Source of the DNA: Vulcanimicrobiota bacterium
Lineage (GTDB): Bacteria > Vulcanimicrobiota > Vulcanimicrobiia > Vulcanimicrobiales > Vulcanimicrobiaceae
Direction: 5' to 3'
Assembly: GCA_003135555.1 (NCBI GenBank)
Contig: PLCF01000062.1
Span: forward strand, 62,981-126,980
Length of the DNA stretch: 64,000 bases
Part shown: positions 35,124 through 44,332 of the stretch, in pieces
Numbering within the stretch: position 1 is the stretch's first letter
Layout of the letters: each line of letters starts with the position of its first letter
Made by a program: the position numbers and the translations under genes
Notes under the pieces: model-generated
Seen by the model: only the letters and a program-made list of their open reading frames with translations
Told to the model about the DNA's origin: nothing
Database searches by the model: none

Positions 35124-36551
35124 CTACTCGGCGGTTCGGCCCTGCGCGGGGGCGCCCGTGTCGGGCCCGATCCAGACCGTTTGCACGTTGACGAACTCGC
35201 GAATCCCGAACTCCGAGAGCTCGCGCCCGATCCCGCTCTTCTTCACGCCGCCGAAGGGCAGCCGCGGATCCGACGCGGTCATCCCGTTGATGAAGCAGTT
35301 ACCTGATTGCAGCTGCGCGGCGAGACGCTCGGCTCGTGGCACGTCGCGGGTCCACAGGTTGCCGCCCAACCCAAAGGGCGAGTCGTTGGCGAGCTCGACG
35401 GCATGCTCGGCATCGCGCGCCCGCATGATCGCAGCGGCCGGCCCGAACGTCTCTTCGGCCGCCATGCGCATCCCCGGCCGCACGTCGCCGACGACGGTCG
35501 GCGCGAAGTACGCGCCGGGCCCGGCGACCTTTGCGCCCCCCAGCAGCAGCGTCGCGCCGGCCGCGACGGTGTCGCGCACCTGTTCGGCGAGCGCGTCGCG
35601 CAAATCGGCGCGCGCCAACGGCCCGAGCGTGGTGCCGCGCGCCATGGGATCGCCGATAACCAGTGCCCGCGTCTTGGCGACGAACAGCTCCACGAAGCGG
35701 TCGTAGACCGCGTCGTCCACGATGAACCGTTTCGCCGCGATGCAGCTCTGACCGGTGTTCTGAAAGCGCGCCTTGACGCCGGTCGCGGCGGCCCTCTCGA
35801 GGTCGGCGTCGGCGAGCACGATGAAGTAGTCCGAGCCGCCGAGCTCCATGACCGTCTTCTTGATCGCTCTTCCGGCCGCTGCCCCGACCGACGATCCAGC
35901 CGCTTCGCTTCCGGTGAGCGTAACCGCCGCAATGCGCTCGTCGAGCACGATCGGCTCCATCGCCTTGCTCCCCACCAGCAACGTGGCGAAGGTGCCGTCG
36001 GGGAACCCGCTCTGCTCGAAGACGCGCTCGATCGCCAGCGCGCATCCGGTGACGTTCGCGGCGTGCTTGAGGACGACGACGTTGCCGGCCATGAGTGCGG
36101 GCGCCGCGGCGCGGAACACCTGCCAGTAGGGGAAGTTCCAGGGCATGATCGCGAGCAGCACGCCGAGCGGACGAAAGGCGACGTAGCTGCGCGTCGCGCT
36201 CGACGGATGCGGTTCGTTCGCCAGCAGTCGTTCCGCGTTTGCAGCGAACCAGTCGCACGACACGGCGCACTTCTCGACCTCCGCCTCGGCCTCGGCGATC
36301 GGTTTGCCCATCTCGCGCGTGGCGAGCTCGGCGAGCTCGCCCTGGTGCTCGCGCAGGTGCCGCGCCGCCCCACGCAGGCAGTCGCCACGTTGGGCAAAGG
36401 ACGTCTCGCGCCAGCCTCGCGCGGCCGTCACCGCCGCATCCAGCCGCGCATCGACCGCGGCTTTGTCGTGCGGCTCGTAGCGCCGCAGGACCTCGCCCGT
36501 AGCGGGATTCAGCGTCTCGATCGACGCGGCGTGCTCGGCTGTCGTGCTCAT
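35124..36551 (-). CDS. NAD(P)-dependent succinate-semialdehyde dehydrogenase-like ALDH
   Basis: IMPWNFP, TLTGS, ELGGSD, GQSCIAAKR, EETFGP, PFGGVKKSG. Confidence 0.93.
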   Translation of the reverse strand: MSTTAEHAASIETLNPATGEVLRRYEPHDKAAVDARLDAAVTAARGWRETSFAQRGDCLRGAARHLREHQGELAELATREMGKPIAEAEAEVEKCAVSCDWFAANAERLLANEPHPSSATRSYVAFRPLGVLLAIMPWNFPYWQVFRAAAPALMAGNVVVLKHAANVTGCALAIERVFEQSGFPDGTFATLLVGSKAMEPIVLDERIAAVTLTGSEAAGSSVGAAAGRAIKKTVMELGGSDYFIVLADADLERAAATGVKARFQNTGQSCIAAKRFIVDDAVYDRFVELFVAKTRALVIGDPMARGTTLGPLARADLRDALAEQVRDTVAAGATLLLGGAKVAGPGAYFAPTVVGDVRPGMRMAAEETFGPAAAIMRARDAEHAVELANDSPFGLGGNLWTRDVPRAERLAAQLQSGNCFINGMTASDPRLPFGGVKKSGIGRELSEFGIREFVNVQTVWIGPDTGAPAQGRTAE

Positions 36552-36642
36552 GGGGTCAGCGTTCCCATTCGGTGCGGACCCTACCGCGGGATGCAGTCGG
36601 GCCGCCACAGAACAAACCGTGTGAAGCCGACGGAGGGCCGAG

Positions 36643-37242
36643 TTGACGTTGGACTACAGCCTATGGAACGCAGTTGTTTCGACCGCGACGCTGCTGGTCG
36701 TCGCCGGCGCGGCGTTCGCCGCGCTGCGGCAGATCCGCCACTTGCGAGCGCAGACGACGCTCGCGGGCCTGCTGAAGGTGCTCGACGACTGGCGCGATCC
36801 TGAGTTTCAGCGGATCGTGTCGTACGTGCGAAACGAGCTACCCCAAAAGGTGCAAGATCCGGCGTTTCTCGAGGATCTCGACCACGTGCTCGATCAAGCG
36901 AAGCATCCGGAGCTGGCGGTCGGCGAGTGGTTCGAGCAGATCGGTTCGTACATGAAGCACGGATTGCTGGACGAGCGCATCATGATGGACGTCGCGTCAT
37001 CGTCGTCCAACACGATGTGGCAGGCGTTGGCGCCCGTGGTCGGGCGGATGCGCAGGACGCGCGGCGATGCGCTCTGGGAAAACTTCGAATACATGGCCGC
37101 CCGCGGCGTACTCTTTCAGCGCGCGCACCCCAACGGCTGCTATCCCCGCAACACCCCGCGGATGGCCGAGCTCGGCGGCGCGCACGCTTACGGCAGACCG
37201 GTCGAGAGCGCAGCTCCCGAGAGCTCTTCCGCTCCCGGCTGA
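36643..37242 (+). CDS. DUF4760-like protein
   Basis: N-terminal TM ending ALRQI, WFEQIGSYMKHGLLD, LWENFEYMA. Confidence 0.7.
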   Translation: MTLDYSLWNAVVSTATLLVVAGAAFAALRQIRHLRAQTTLAGLLKVLDDWRDPEFQRIVSYVRNELPQKVQDPAFLEDLDHVLDQAKHPELAVGEWFEQIGSYMKHGLLDERIMMDVASSSSNTMWQALAPVVGRMRRTRGDALWENFEYMAARGVLFQRAHPNGCYPRNTPRMAELGGAHAYGRPVESAAPESSSAPG

Positions 37243-37715
37243 GGCGCGTGCTTGCGCGGCCGCAGCGTCGCGGTGTGCGCTTTGTGGCAGGCCGGGCAGA
37301 GCGTCTCGAGATTCTCGAGATGGTGCGCGCACGAGAGCTCGCCGTGCGCTCCGGCGCAAGGCACGATGTGGTTGACCTCCATCCGCCCGGTGCGCTTCTC
37401 CTTGCGCCAGCTGCGCATTGCGGCGACGTACGCTTTGCGCGTCTTGTGCGCCGACTCTACCGGCCGCTTGGGCGCGCGCGTTCCGCAGCGCCTGCAGCGG
37501 TAGCGATCGCGGCGCTTGGCCGACTGCCGTGCCACCGACCACCAATGGTTGGCCCAGAAAGCGTCGCCGCAGCGATCGCTGCACCACGTCTTGCGCCGAT
37601 CCGGCCGCTCGGCGCCACACCATGCGCACGCGCCCTCCGACAGCGGCGGCGCCAACGAGCACGCCGCCAGCAGCGTCTCGCGTTTGGTCACCGCGGGCCG
37701 TCCGCCCAGGCTCAC
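37188..37715 (-). CDS. HNH endonuclease with zinc-finger motifs
   Basis: CAWC..CSDRC, RDRYRCRRCG, EVNHIVP, NLETLCPACHKAHT. Confidence 0.85.
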   Translation of the reverse strand: MSLGGRPAVTKRETLLAACSLAPPLSEGACAWCGAERPDRRKTWCSDRCGDAFWANHWWSVARQSAKRRDRYRCRRCGTRAPKRPVESAHKTRKAYVAAMRSWRKEKRTGRMEVNHIVPCAGAHGELSCAHHLENLETLCPACHKAHTATLRPRKHAPQPGAEELSGAALSTGLP

Positions 37716-38137
37716 GGCGAGACGCGGCGTGCGCAGACTTCGAGCCGTGTTCCGACCGGGTCGTTGAAGAATACGGCGGGATATTCCGGATCACCGCGCT
37801 CGACGTCGCGCGCGCCGATCCGCCGCACGAACGCCTCCCAGGCGTCGAGCTCGTCTTCGGCGACCGCGAACGCCACCCGGCTGCGCGCGGCCTGCGCACT
37901 CTGCTCTTCGATCACGCCGAAGAACCAGCGCACTTGCCCCGGCACCTTCTCGGAGCAGTATTCGACGGCGTTGTAGTTCTCGGGAGTCCCCTCGGCCCAC
38001 GACGCGCCGCCGAACTGCACGACTGCATACCGCTTCGTCGGCAGGCCGAGCCGCTCCGCAAGCGCGTCGTAGAAACGTTCAACCGCTGCCAGCGACGGGA
38101 CGCGCATGTCGATGTGGTCGAAGCCGATCGACGGCAT
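37712..38137 (-). CDS. VOC/glyoxalase family protein
   Basis: FDHIDMRV..FYDAL, RVAFAV, YPAVFFNDPVGTRLE. Confidence 0.88.
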   Translation of the reverse strand: MPSIGFDHIDMRVPSLAAVERFYDALAERLGLPTKRYAVVQFGGASWAEGTPENYNAVEYCSEKVPGQVRWFFGVIEEQSAQAARSRVAFAVAEDELDAWEAFVRRIGARDVERGDPEYPAVFFNDPVGTRLEVCARRVSP

Positions 38138-38140
38138 CGC

Positions 38141-39007
38141 TCAGCGCCCCGCCGCGGCGAGGTCGCCGGCAAGGAGCGCCGGCGAGGCTTCGCCGGCGAG
38201 AAACACGCCGAGCTGCGCGACCGAGAACTGCATCCCCGTCCAAAACCTCCCGAACTCGCCGAAGCGCGCCGACGCTTCGTCAAAACGCATCGCGTAGACG
38301 AGCTTTTTGAAGACCAGCGGATCGTCGGCGTACAGATCGACGCCCCACTCCCAGTCGTCGAATCCGATCGAGCCCGAGATCACCTGCGTCACGTGGCCGT
38401 GGTACGAGCGCCCGATCTTGCCGTGCTCGAGCATCATCTTGGCACGCTCGGCGTACGCGGTCGCGTACCAGTTGTCGCCGCCCTCGCGTTTCTTGTTCAT
38501 GGGATAGAAACACGCGTAACGGCGGCGCGGGATGCGCGCCCACAGCCGCGCCGCGTTGCGCGGCTCCTCGCGCGCTTCGCGCAGCAGCGCGTCGAACGCG
38601 TCGTTCCACGCCTCGGAATGCGGCTTGAGCCCGCCCTCCCGCAGCTCGGCATGGATCTTGGCGGTGTGCTCGTAGAGGCCCAGCTCGAGGATCGAAACGT
38701 ACGACTCGTGCGGCTCGAGGTAGTCGCGCAGCGCGAGCTTGTCGACGCGCGCCTGCACCTCGCCGAGCGCGTCGAACGACCGCGCGTAGTGGGTGAACAT
38801 GAGATCGCCCTTGTGGCCGAGCAGCTGCGCGAGCCCCACGTCGGTATCCGCATCGGCGGCCAGCGTCGCAAACAGCTCGATCGCCTCGCGTTCGACCGGC
38901 GCCCGGCGTGGCGCGTCGAGCGCGTCCCAGCGCCGCCGGTCGAACCGGAACATCCGGTGCAAGATCGCCCAGCCGTCGAGCGATTCGGGGACGTTGGGAT
39001 GGCGCAT
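38141..39007 (-). CDS. hemQ: Coproheme decarboxylase (HemQ/ChdC)
   Basis: LDGWAILH, GHKGDL, FYPMNKKR..NWY, EHGKIGRSY, GFDDWEWGVDL, MRFDEASARFGEFG. Confidence 0.88.
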   Translation of the reverse strand: MRHPNVPESLDGWAILHRMFRFDRRRWDALDAPRRAPVEREAIELFATLAADADTDVGLAQLLGHKGDLMFTHYARSFDALGEVQARVDKLALRDYLEPHESYVSILELGLYEHTAKIHAELREGGLKPHSEAWNDAFDALLREAREEPRNAARLWARIPRRRYACFYPMNKKREGGDNWYATAYAERAKMMLEHGKIGRSYHGHVTQVISGSIGFDDWEWGVDLYADDPLVFKKLVYAMRFDEASARFGEFGRFWTGMQFSVAQLGVFLAGEASPALLAGDLAAAGR

Positions 39008-39954
39008 CAGTTCGAGCTCACCTCGGCGAGGAGCGCCTCGGGGCGCTCGCGGTACTTCGCCCACAGCTGGGGCATGTGCGCGACGTCGCTGAGGATGCGC
39101 GCATACGTCGCGTTCACCGGCGCCGGGACGCCGGCCTCGCGCGCCGCCCGAGCGACCGCGCCGTTGAGCACCTCGACCTCGGTACGATGCTTCGCGCTGC
39201 GCAGGTCGAGCAGCAAGGACGGCGCCTTCTGCCCACGCGCGCCGGCGATGCGCCTAGCCAGGACCGCACGCGCCAGCGCGCTGGGGAGCGCGGCCACCCG
39301 CAGCAGCGCGCGCACGGGATAGCGCGGCAGGTCGATCGGCGCGATCTTGAGAGCCTGCATCGTCGCGCGCACTTCGCGAATCGCCCGAATCTCGAGCATG
39401 AAGGCGGCGTCTTCGCGCACCAGCCGCTCCGGCATGACGTCGAGGATCGCGCAGGCGGCGTTGGCCACCACGTTGAGCGCGAGCTTCGACCACTTGAGCG
39501 ACCGGTAGTCGGCGACCGCGGTCGTCGGCAAACCGGTCGCGCCGAACGCCGCCAGCAGCCAGTTGTGCGCGCCCCCGGAACCGACCGGTGCGAACGCGAT
39601 CCCGCCGCGATTCGCGGCCACACCCTTGCCGGCGTCGTCGACGCCTACCGGGACGGTCAGCGCGGCGGCCACGACGTTGTCGGCGCCGAACGCCGCCGCG
39701 AGCAACTCCTCGTTGCCGACGCCGTTTTGCGGCGTGACGATCGTTGCGGTCGAACCGGCGGGAAGGGCGCGCTGCAGCGTCTCGATCGCCGCGAGCGTGT
39801 CGTAGGCTTTCACGGTCACCAGCACCAGATCGGCGGCCACCGGTTCGACGGCCGCGAGGTCGCGCGGAGCGTAGCTCACGTCGTTGCCGATCCCGCGCAG
39901 CAGCTCGCCGAGATACGTCCCGACGGCACCCTGCCCGACGACGTAGACCTTCAT
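39007..39954 (-). CDS. panE: Ketopantoate reductase family protein
   Basis: GQGAVG, TVKAYD, QNGVG, WSKLALN, SLLLDL, TEVEVLNG. Confidence 0.85.
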   Translation of the reverse strand: MKVYVVGQGAVGTYLGELLRGIGNDVSYAPRDLAAVEPVAADLVLVTVKAYDTLAAIETLQRALPAGSTATIVTPQNGVGNEELLAAAFGADNVVAAALTVPVGVDDAGKGVAANRGGIAFAPVGSGGAHNWLLAAFGATGLPTTAVADYRSLKWSKLALNVVANAACAILDVMPERLVREDAAFMLEIRAIREVRATMQALKIAPIDLPRYPVRALLRVAALPSALARAVLARRIAGARGQKAPSLLLDLRSAKHRTEVEVLNGAVARAAREAGVPAPVNATYARILSDVAHMPQLWAKYRERPEALLAEVSSN

Positions 39955-40006
39955 GGCGCGATCATTCGACGCCCGAAGGCGGGCACCGGCGCCTAGGGAG
40001 CCTCTC

Positions 40007-40453
40007 CTAGCGGCCGGTGCTGCCGAAGCCGCCCTCGCCGCGCGCGCTCACCGCCAACTCCGCGACGGCGCCGAATGCCGCTTGCACCACCGGGGCCATG
40101 ACGAGCTGCGCGATGCGGTCGCCGCGATGCACCACGAAGGGCTCGCGGCCCAGGTTCACCAGGAGCACGCCGACCTCTCCGCGGTAGTCGCTATCGATCG
40201 TGCCGGGGCTGTTGAGGCAAGTCACGCCGTGCTTGAGCGCCAGCCCGCTGCGCGGCCGGACCTGGACTTCGTAGCCGGTCGGAATCTCGAGCGAGAACCC
40301 GGTCGGAACGAGCGCGCGTTCGCCGGGGAGGAGCACCAGCTCGCCGGCGACCGCCGCGACGATGTCGGCGCCGGCCGCGCCCGGGCTCATGTAGGCGGGC
40401 AAGGGCAGACCCTCGCCCCCGAGCAGGCGCACCACGCCGACGGCGGGCGTCAC
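40007..40453 (-). CDS. dut: dUTP diphosphatase
   Basis: [37 protein letters not shown]. Confidence 0.97.
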   Translation of the reverse strand: MTPAVGVVRLLGGEGLPLPAYMSPGAAGADIVAAVAGELVLLPGERALVPTGFSLEIPTGYEVQVRPRSGLALKHGVTCLNSPGTIDSDYRGEVGVLLVNLGREPFVVHRGDRIAQLVMAPVVQAAFGAVAELAVSARGEGGFGSTGR

Positions 40454-40896
40454 TTCGCCAGCAGCCCCTCGAGCTCGGCGCGAAAGCTGGCCACGTCGCG
40501 GAAGTCGCGGTAGACGCTGGCGAATCGCACGTACGCCACCTCGTCGACTTTCTTGAGCGCCTCCATCAGCTTCTCGCCGACCAGTGTTCCGGCGACCTCG
40601 CTCTCGCCGCGCGCGAACAGCTCGCGCTCGATCCCCGCCACGATCTCTTCCATCTGCGCTTCGGAGACCGGGCGCTTCTCGCAGGCGCGCCGCAGCCCCG
40701 ACAGGACCTTGTCGCGATTGTATTGCTCGCGGCGTCCGTCTTTCTTGACGACGAACAAGCGCGGGGCTTCCATCCGCTCGTACGTCGTAAAGCGATGCTT
40801 GCAGCCGAGACACTCGCGCCGCCGTCGGACGGAGTTGTCGTCATCGCGCGAGTCGACGACGCGGGTCTCGTTCTTGCGACAGTGCGGGCAGAGCAG
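40450..40896 (-). CDS. nrdR: Transcriptional repressor NrdR (CTG start)
   Basis: (M)[29 protein letters not shown] zinc ribbon, ATP cone, [13 protein letters not shown]. Confidence 0.95.
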   Translation of the reverse strand: MLCPHCRKNETRVVDSRDDDNSVRRRRECLGCKHRFTTYERMEAPRLFVVKKDGRREQYNRDKVLSGLRRACEKRPVSEAQMEEIVAGIERELFARGESEVAGTLVGEKLMEALKKVDEVAYVRFASVYRDFRDVASFRAELEGLLAK

Positions 40897-40924
40897 GTCG
40901 GGTAGGTCCTCTCCAGGAGTGGCA

Positions 40925-40955
40925 CCCCTACATGTTGTGGTGCCGGTCCAGTATA
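40925..40955 (-). promoter_or_regulatory. NrdR box and -10 element of the nrdR-dut promoter
   Basis: Minus strand TATACT (40950-40955) followed by CCACAACATGTAGGGG (40925-40940), matching the consensus acaCwAtATaTwGtgt. Confidence 0.75.
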
Positions 40956-40982
40956 GCCCGATTCAGCCCGAAAACGAAGCGG

Positions 40983-41132
40983 CTATGCAGACGCCCCGAT
41001 TTTGAACATCTTGGTCCCGCACACCGGGCACTTGCCCTCGGTCGCCGGGCGCCCGTTTTTCATCTGGATCTGCTTTGCGTCTTTGATCTCACGCTTGGTC
41101 TTGCACTTGACGCAGTAGGCTTCGGCTGCCAT
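40983..41132 (-). CDS. DUF5679-like zinc-ribbon small protein (49 aa)
   Basis: MAAEAYCVKCKTKREIKDAKQIQMKNGRPATEGKCPVCGTKMFKIGASA; below the ORF-track cutoff. Confidence 0.88.
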   Translation of the reverse strand: MAAEAYCVKCKTKREIKDAKQIQMKNGRPATEGKCPVCGTKMFKIGASA

Positions 41133-41307
41133 GTCGCTCGCTCTCTCTGGGTGTCGGCCCGGCCCGCTTGTGCGGCCGGTGGTCGCGAGGCCCGTTACGG
41201 GGGGCGCACGGGGAATCCTTGAAGGTCCCCGCCCCTTGGCCGACGAGGGCGCCGCGGGCGGGTCCCCCTGGACTTGCCGCCGGGCCCGCCAGCGTGATCC
41301 GAGCGGT

Positions 41308-42186
41308 GTGAACGCCCTCCGGCACTGGGTCCCGCGCCCCGAGCTCGACGCGCTGTGCGGCGGCCGGCTGCGCGACGCCGCCCTGGAGGGACTCTGGGTG
41401 GCCGGGAGCCTGGACGGCCTCGCCGCGCCGGCCGTGGCGATCGTCGGGTCGCGGGCGCCTTCGGACGCCGGCCGCCGGCGCGCCTGCGCGCTGGCGCACG
41501 AGCTCGCGCGCAGCGGGATCTGCGTCGTCTCCGGGCTGGCGCTGGGGATCGACGGCGCGGCGCACGAGGGCGCCCTGGCGGCCGGCGCGCCGACGATCGG
41601 CGTGCTCGGCGGCGGGCACGCGCACTTCTTTCCGCCTCGTCATCGCGAGCTGGGCGGTCGCATCGTCACGCACGGCGGCGCCGTCGTGTCGCCGTACGCC
41701 CCCGAGATCGTCCCGCAGCCGCGGCAGTTCTTGGCGCGCAACGCGGTCATCGCGGCGCTCGCCGACGCGGTGGTCGTGGTGGAGGCGGCGGCGCGCAGCG
41801 GCGCGCTCAACACCGCGGGTCACGCAGCTGACCGCGGCATCCCGGTCTTGGCGTTCCCGGGCGAGGTCGACCGCCCCAAGGCCGCCGGCTGCAACGCGCT
41901 CATCCGCGACGGCGCGACGCTGGTTCGCGACGCCGCCGACGTGCTCGCCGCTCTGCCCCATCCGCTCGCGCCGCCGGCGAAGCCCGCGCACGGCGCGTGC
42001 GGCGCGCGTGATTCCGAGCCGATTCGGCGCGTCGTCACCGCGCTGCGCGACGGCGCCTGCGACCCCGGGACGCTGGCCGATCGCCTGCACCTCGCACCGG
42101 CCGAACTGTTCCCACTGCTCACCGAGCTCGAACTCTGCGGTCGCGTGATCTCCGGCGCTGACGGGTACGCGCTCGCGCGGCCGTAA
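41308..42186 (+). CDS. dprA: DNA-processing protein DprA
   Basis: VAIVGSR, VVSGLALGIDGAAHEGAL, FLARNAVIAAL, VVVEAAARSGALNTA, GCNALIRDGA, C-terminal winged helix; start approximate. Confidence 0.93.
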   Translation: MNALRHWVPRPELDALCGGRLRDAALEGLWVAGSLDGLAAPAVAIVGSRAPSDAGRRRACALAHELARSGICVVSGLALGIDGAAHEGALAAGAPTIGVLGGGHAHFFPPRHRELGGRIVTHGGAVVSPYAPEIVPQPRQFLARNAVIAALADAVVVVEAAARSGALNTAGHAADRGIPVLAFPGEVDRPKAAGCNALIRDGATLVRDAADVLAALPHPLAPPAKPAHGACGARDSEPIRRVVTALRDGACDPGTLADRLHLAPAELFPLLTELELCGRVISGADGYALARP

Positions 42187-42195
42187 TGGTGCAAC

Positions 42196-42657
42196 GTGCA
42201 CATCCGGATCGTCGCGGTCGGCAAGGTTCGCGAACGGTACATCGCCGACGCGCTGGCGGACTTTCGCACCCGCTTGCGGCCCTACCACCGGTTCGATGAA
42301 GTCGAGCTGCGCGCCGCCGACGGCGCCGACCCGGCGCGCGCGATTCGCACGGAGGGCGAGGCAATCCTCAAGCGGCTCGACCCGGCCGACCACGTCTGGC
42401 TGCTCGAGCGCGGCGGCGAGCTGCTGACGAGCGAGGAGTTGTCGCGCCGGATCGAGCGGCTGCCGCACCAGGGGATCGCGCGGCTGACCGTCGTGATCGC
42501 GGGAACCTACGGCGCGTCCGCAGCGCTGCTCGCGCGGGCCGACTTCCGCTGGTCCCTGTCGCCGCTCACGTTCCTCCACGAGTGGGCTCGCGCGCTGGTG
42601 GTGGAGCAATTGTACCGCGCGGCGAAGATCGCCCGCGATGAACCGTACCACCACTGA
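42196..42657 (+). CDS. rlmH: 23S rRNA pseudouridine-1915 N3-methyltransferase
   Basis: IVAVGK, LSPLTFLHE, EQLYRA, PYHH. Confidence 0.95.
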   Translation: MHIRIVAVGKVRERYIADALADFRTRLRPYHRFDEVELRAADGADPARAIRTEGEAILKRLDPADHVWLLERGGELLTSEELSRRIERLPHQGIARLTVVIAGTYGASAALLARADFRWSLSPLTFLHEWARALVVEQLYRAAKIARDEPYHH

Positions 42658-44332
42658 CGTGGCCGACCACGCAGGGCTGCTGTCCCTCGACGATCTGGCC
42701 GCCCGCTTCGGCGCGGCGGCGCGCGCGCTGTGGCCGCAGGCCGAGCCGGTGGTGCAGTTCGAGCCGGCACGGCGCGCGGAGTTCGGCGACGTCTCGACCA
42801 ACGTCGCGTTCGGGCTGGCCAAAGTCGCGCGCAAGAAGCCGCAGGAGATCGGCGCCGAGATCATCGCCCGCGCGCTCGCGGACGGCGGCGTGCGCGCGAC
42901 GGTCGCCGCCGCGACCCCGGTGGCCGGGTTCATCAACGTCACGCTGGTACCCGCGTTCTGGCAGCGCGTCGTCGGCGACGCGTTGCGCGAAGGCCCGCAG
43001 TACGGGCGCGGCCGGCCGACGGGTGAGCGCATCTCGCTGGAGTTCGGTAGCGCGAACCCGACCGGGCCGCTGGTGGTCGTGCAAGGCCGCACGCTGTCGA
43101 TCGGCGACACGCTCGCCAAGGCGATGCGGCACGCGGGCTACGACGTCTTCACCGAGTGGATCATCAACGATGCCGGGACGCAGCTCGAAGCGCTCGGACG
43201 ATCGCTGTACGCGCGCTACCACCAGCTCGTCGATCCCGCGTTCGCGTTTCCCGAAGACGGGTATCCCGGCGACTACCTGATCCCCGTCGCCGAGAAGCTG
43301 CGCGCGCGCGACGGCGACAAGTGGTTGCGAGTCGCTCAGGCCGAGGCCGTTCCACACCTGGCAGCGTTCGCACGCGACGAGATCGTCGCCGAGCAGCAGG
43401 CCGTCGCGCGCCGGTTCCGGGTCGAGTACGATCTGTGGCAGTCGGAGAAAGCTCTCCACGACGCCGGCGCGATCGAGCAGGGGATCGAGCGGCTGCGCAA
43501 GCTCGGCGTCCTCTACCAGAAGGACGGCGCGACGTGGGTGCGCACGACCGATGCCGGCGACGACGAGGACCGCGTCGTGATTCGCAGCGACGGCCGGCCG
43601 ACGTATTTCGCCAACGACATCGCTTACCACTTCGAGAAGCTGCAGCGCGCCGATCACGTCATCGACTTCCTTGGCCCTGACCATCACGGGTACATCAAGC
43701 GGCTCGACGCATTGGCGAACGCGTACGCACGCCCGGGCGCGTTCGAGGTCATCCTGGTGCAGCAGATGACGCTCAAGCGCGGCGACGAGACGCTCTCGAT
43801 GTCCAAGCGCGCCGGGATGCTGGTCACGCTGCAAGAGGTGATCGACGAAGTCGGGGTCGACGCGGCGCGCTTTTTCTTCGTCATGCTCTCGACGGACCAG
43901 CCACTCACCTTCGATCTCGAGTTGGCCAAGAAGCAGTCCAACGAGAACCCCGTCTTTTACGTGCAGTACGGTCACGCGCGCATCGCGTCGGTGCTGCGCA
44001 AGGCGCGCGAGTCGCACCCCGCTGCGTTCGCCGCGGCCGAACGCGGCTCGGGGCTCGGCGCGCTCACCGATCCCATGGAGCTGGCGCTCGCGCGGCGGCT
44101 GGCCGAATTCGGCCCGACGGTCGAGGGCGTGGCGCGCGCGCGCGCGCCGCACCGGCTCACCAAGTACGCGCGCGAGGTCGCCGGCGACTTCCACCAATTT
44201 TACGATGCCTGCCGCGTGCTGACCGAGGACGAAGCGACGACGACGGCCCGGCTGGGACTCTGCATCGCAACCAAGACCGTTCTCGCGGCGACGCTCGCGA
44301 TGTGCGGCGTGAGCGCACCGGACGCGATGTAG
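42638..44332 (+). CDS. argS: Arginine--tRNA ligase (start uncertain)
   Basis: FGDVSTNVAF, GFIN, EFGSANPTGPL, DEDRV..SDG.PTYFANDIAYH, MSKRAG, YVQYGHAR. Confidence 0.95.
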   Translation: MNRTTTDVADHAGLLSLDDLAARFGAAARALWPQAEPVVQFEPARRAEFGDVSTNVAFGLAKVARKKPQEIGAEIIARALADGGVRATVAAATPVAGFINVTLVPAFWQRVVGDALREGPQYGRGRPTGERISLEFGSANPTGPLVVVQGRTLSIGDTLAKAMRHAGYDVFTEWIINDAGTQLEALGRSLYARYHQLVDPAFAFPEDGYPGDYLIPVAEKLRARDGDKWLRVAQAEAVPHLAAFARDEIVAEQQAVARRFRVEYDLWQSEKALHDAGAIEQGIERLRKLGVLYQKDGATWVRTTDAGDDEDRVVIRSDGRPTYFANDIAYHFEKLQRADHVIDFLGPDHHGYIKRLDALANAYARPGAFEVILVQQMTLKRGDETLSMSKRAGMLVTLQEVIDEVGVDAARFFFVMLSTDQPLTFDLELAKKQSNENPVFYVQYGHARIASVLRKARESHPAAFAAAERGSGLGALTDPMELALARRLAEFGPTVEGVARARAPHRLTKYAREVAGDFHQFYDACRVLTEDEATTTARLGLCIATKTVLAATLAMCGVSAPDAM

